Shown: positions 35,756 to 36,220 of the stretch, piece by piece
Layout of the letters: every line of letters starts with the position of its first letter
Position numbering within the stretch: the stretch's first letter is position 1
Source of the DNA: Gonapodya sp. JEL0774
Taxonomy: Eukaryota
DNA length: 36,220 nucleotides
Reading direction: 5' to 3'
NCBI GenBank assembly: GCA_027604505.1
Contig: JADIIX010000183.1
Location: 1-36,220 of the forward strand
Program-made: the position numbers and the translations under genes
The notes under the pieces: model-generated
Database searches by the model: none
Told to the model about the DNA's origin: nothing
Seen by the model: only the letters and a program-made list of their open reading frames with translations

Positions 35756-35989
35756 ATGGAATCATTGAGCTTGGAGCGAATTCTATGCAAATGCGGATCC
35801 AAGGAGCACAAGTCGTCAAACAACAAAAAATGTATTTACTTTGTTCCTCGGAAAAGATTCACTAGAAAAATACACACTCTCCCAACTGAGATATGGACAA
35901 ATATTTTTATGTACTGTACCCCGGGATCCTTGCATCGGGTGAAAGAGTTTGCAAGCAATTCTGTTATGTGTTACAGGACCATCGAATAA
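35756..35989 (+). pseudogene. F-box protein fragment with an N-terminal CxC-x4-H-x7-C knuckle
   Basis: CKCGSKEHKSSNNKKC followed by the F-box-like IHTLPTEIWTNIFMYCTPGSLHRV. The frame stops soon afterwards. Confidence 0.55.
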
Positions 35990-36220
35990 TCGCAAAGTGT
36001 CTTGGTATTGAATATGATGAAATGATGATGAAACCTGGTGATGCACTGTCATTGATGTTCGACAGGAAATGCTATTTTTGCAATCAATCAGACGGTGGTC
36101 CGCTCATAGCAGGAGGGGGGGTTGGGCGCACTAAAGGGGGAGGCTGTAGTGGGGCTGTCACTACGTATCGATCTCAGCCCTCTATGATGGGATGGTGGCC
36201 TAGTGATAGGCCTGGAGTGT

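Overview
Intron-rich eukaryotic DNA that looks fungal (RTA1-like, Fungal_trans and Zn-cluster domains; short GT-AG introns). An early-diverging, chytrid-like lineage is my inference from gene content and style. Two housekeeping genes can be reconstructed exon by exon and look intact: AAR2 (610-3627, minus) and acireductone dioxygenase ADI1 (20887-21799, minus). Most of the rest is an accessory region of orphan, truncated or frameshifted genes and DNA-transposon remnants. These include an RTA1-like half gene, an intronless 618-codon membrane-protein ORF, and an SDR last exon cut off at a transposon end. There is also a spliced pseudokinase, a 1,067-bp non-autonomous TIR element with an 8-bp target-site duplication, and a divergent zf-4CXXC_R1 protein. 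Further along are a decayed PAN/Apple-TM-SH3 receptor-like gene, Gly-rich and coiled-coil pseudogenes, and an F-box fragment. The best novelty candidate is a decayed transcription factor, head-to-head with ADI1, that appears to carry a phosphoribosyltransferase-like domain between a Zn cluster and a Fungal_trans domain. All domain calls were made by eye; no searches were run.
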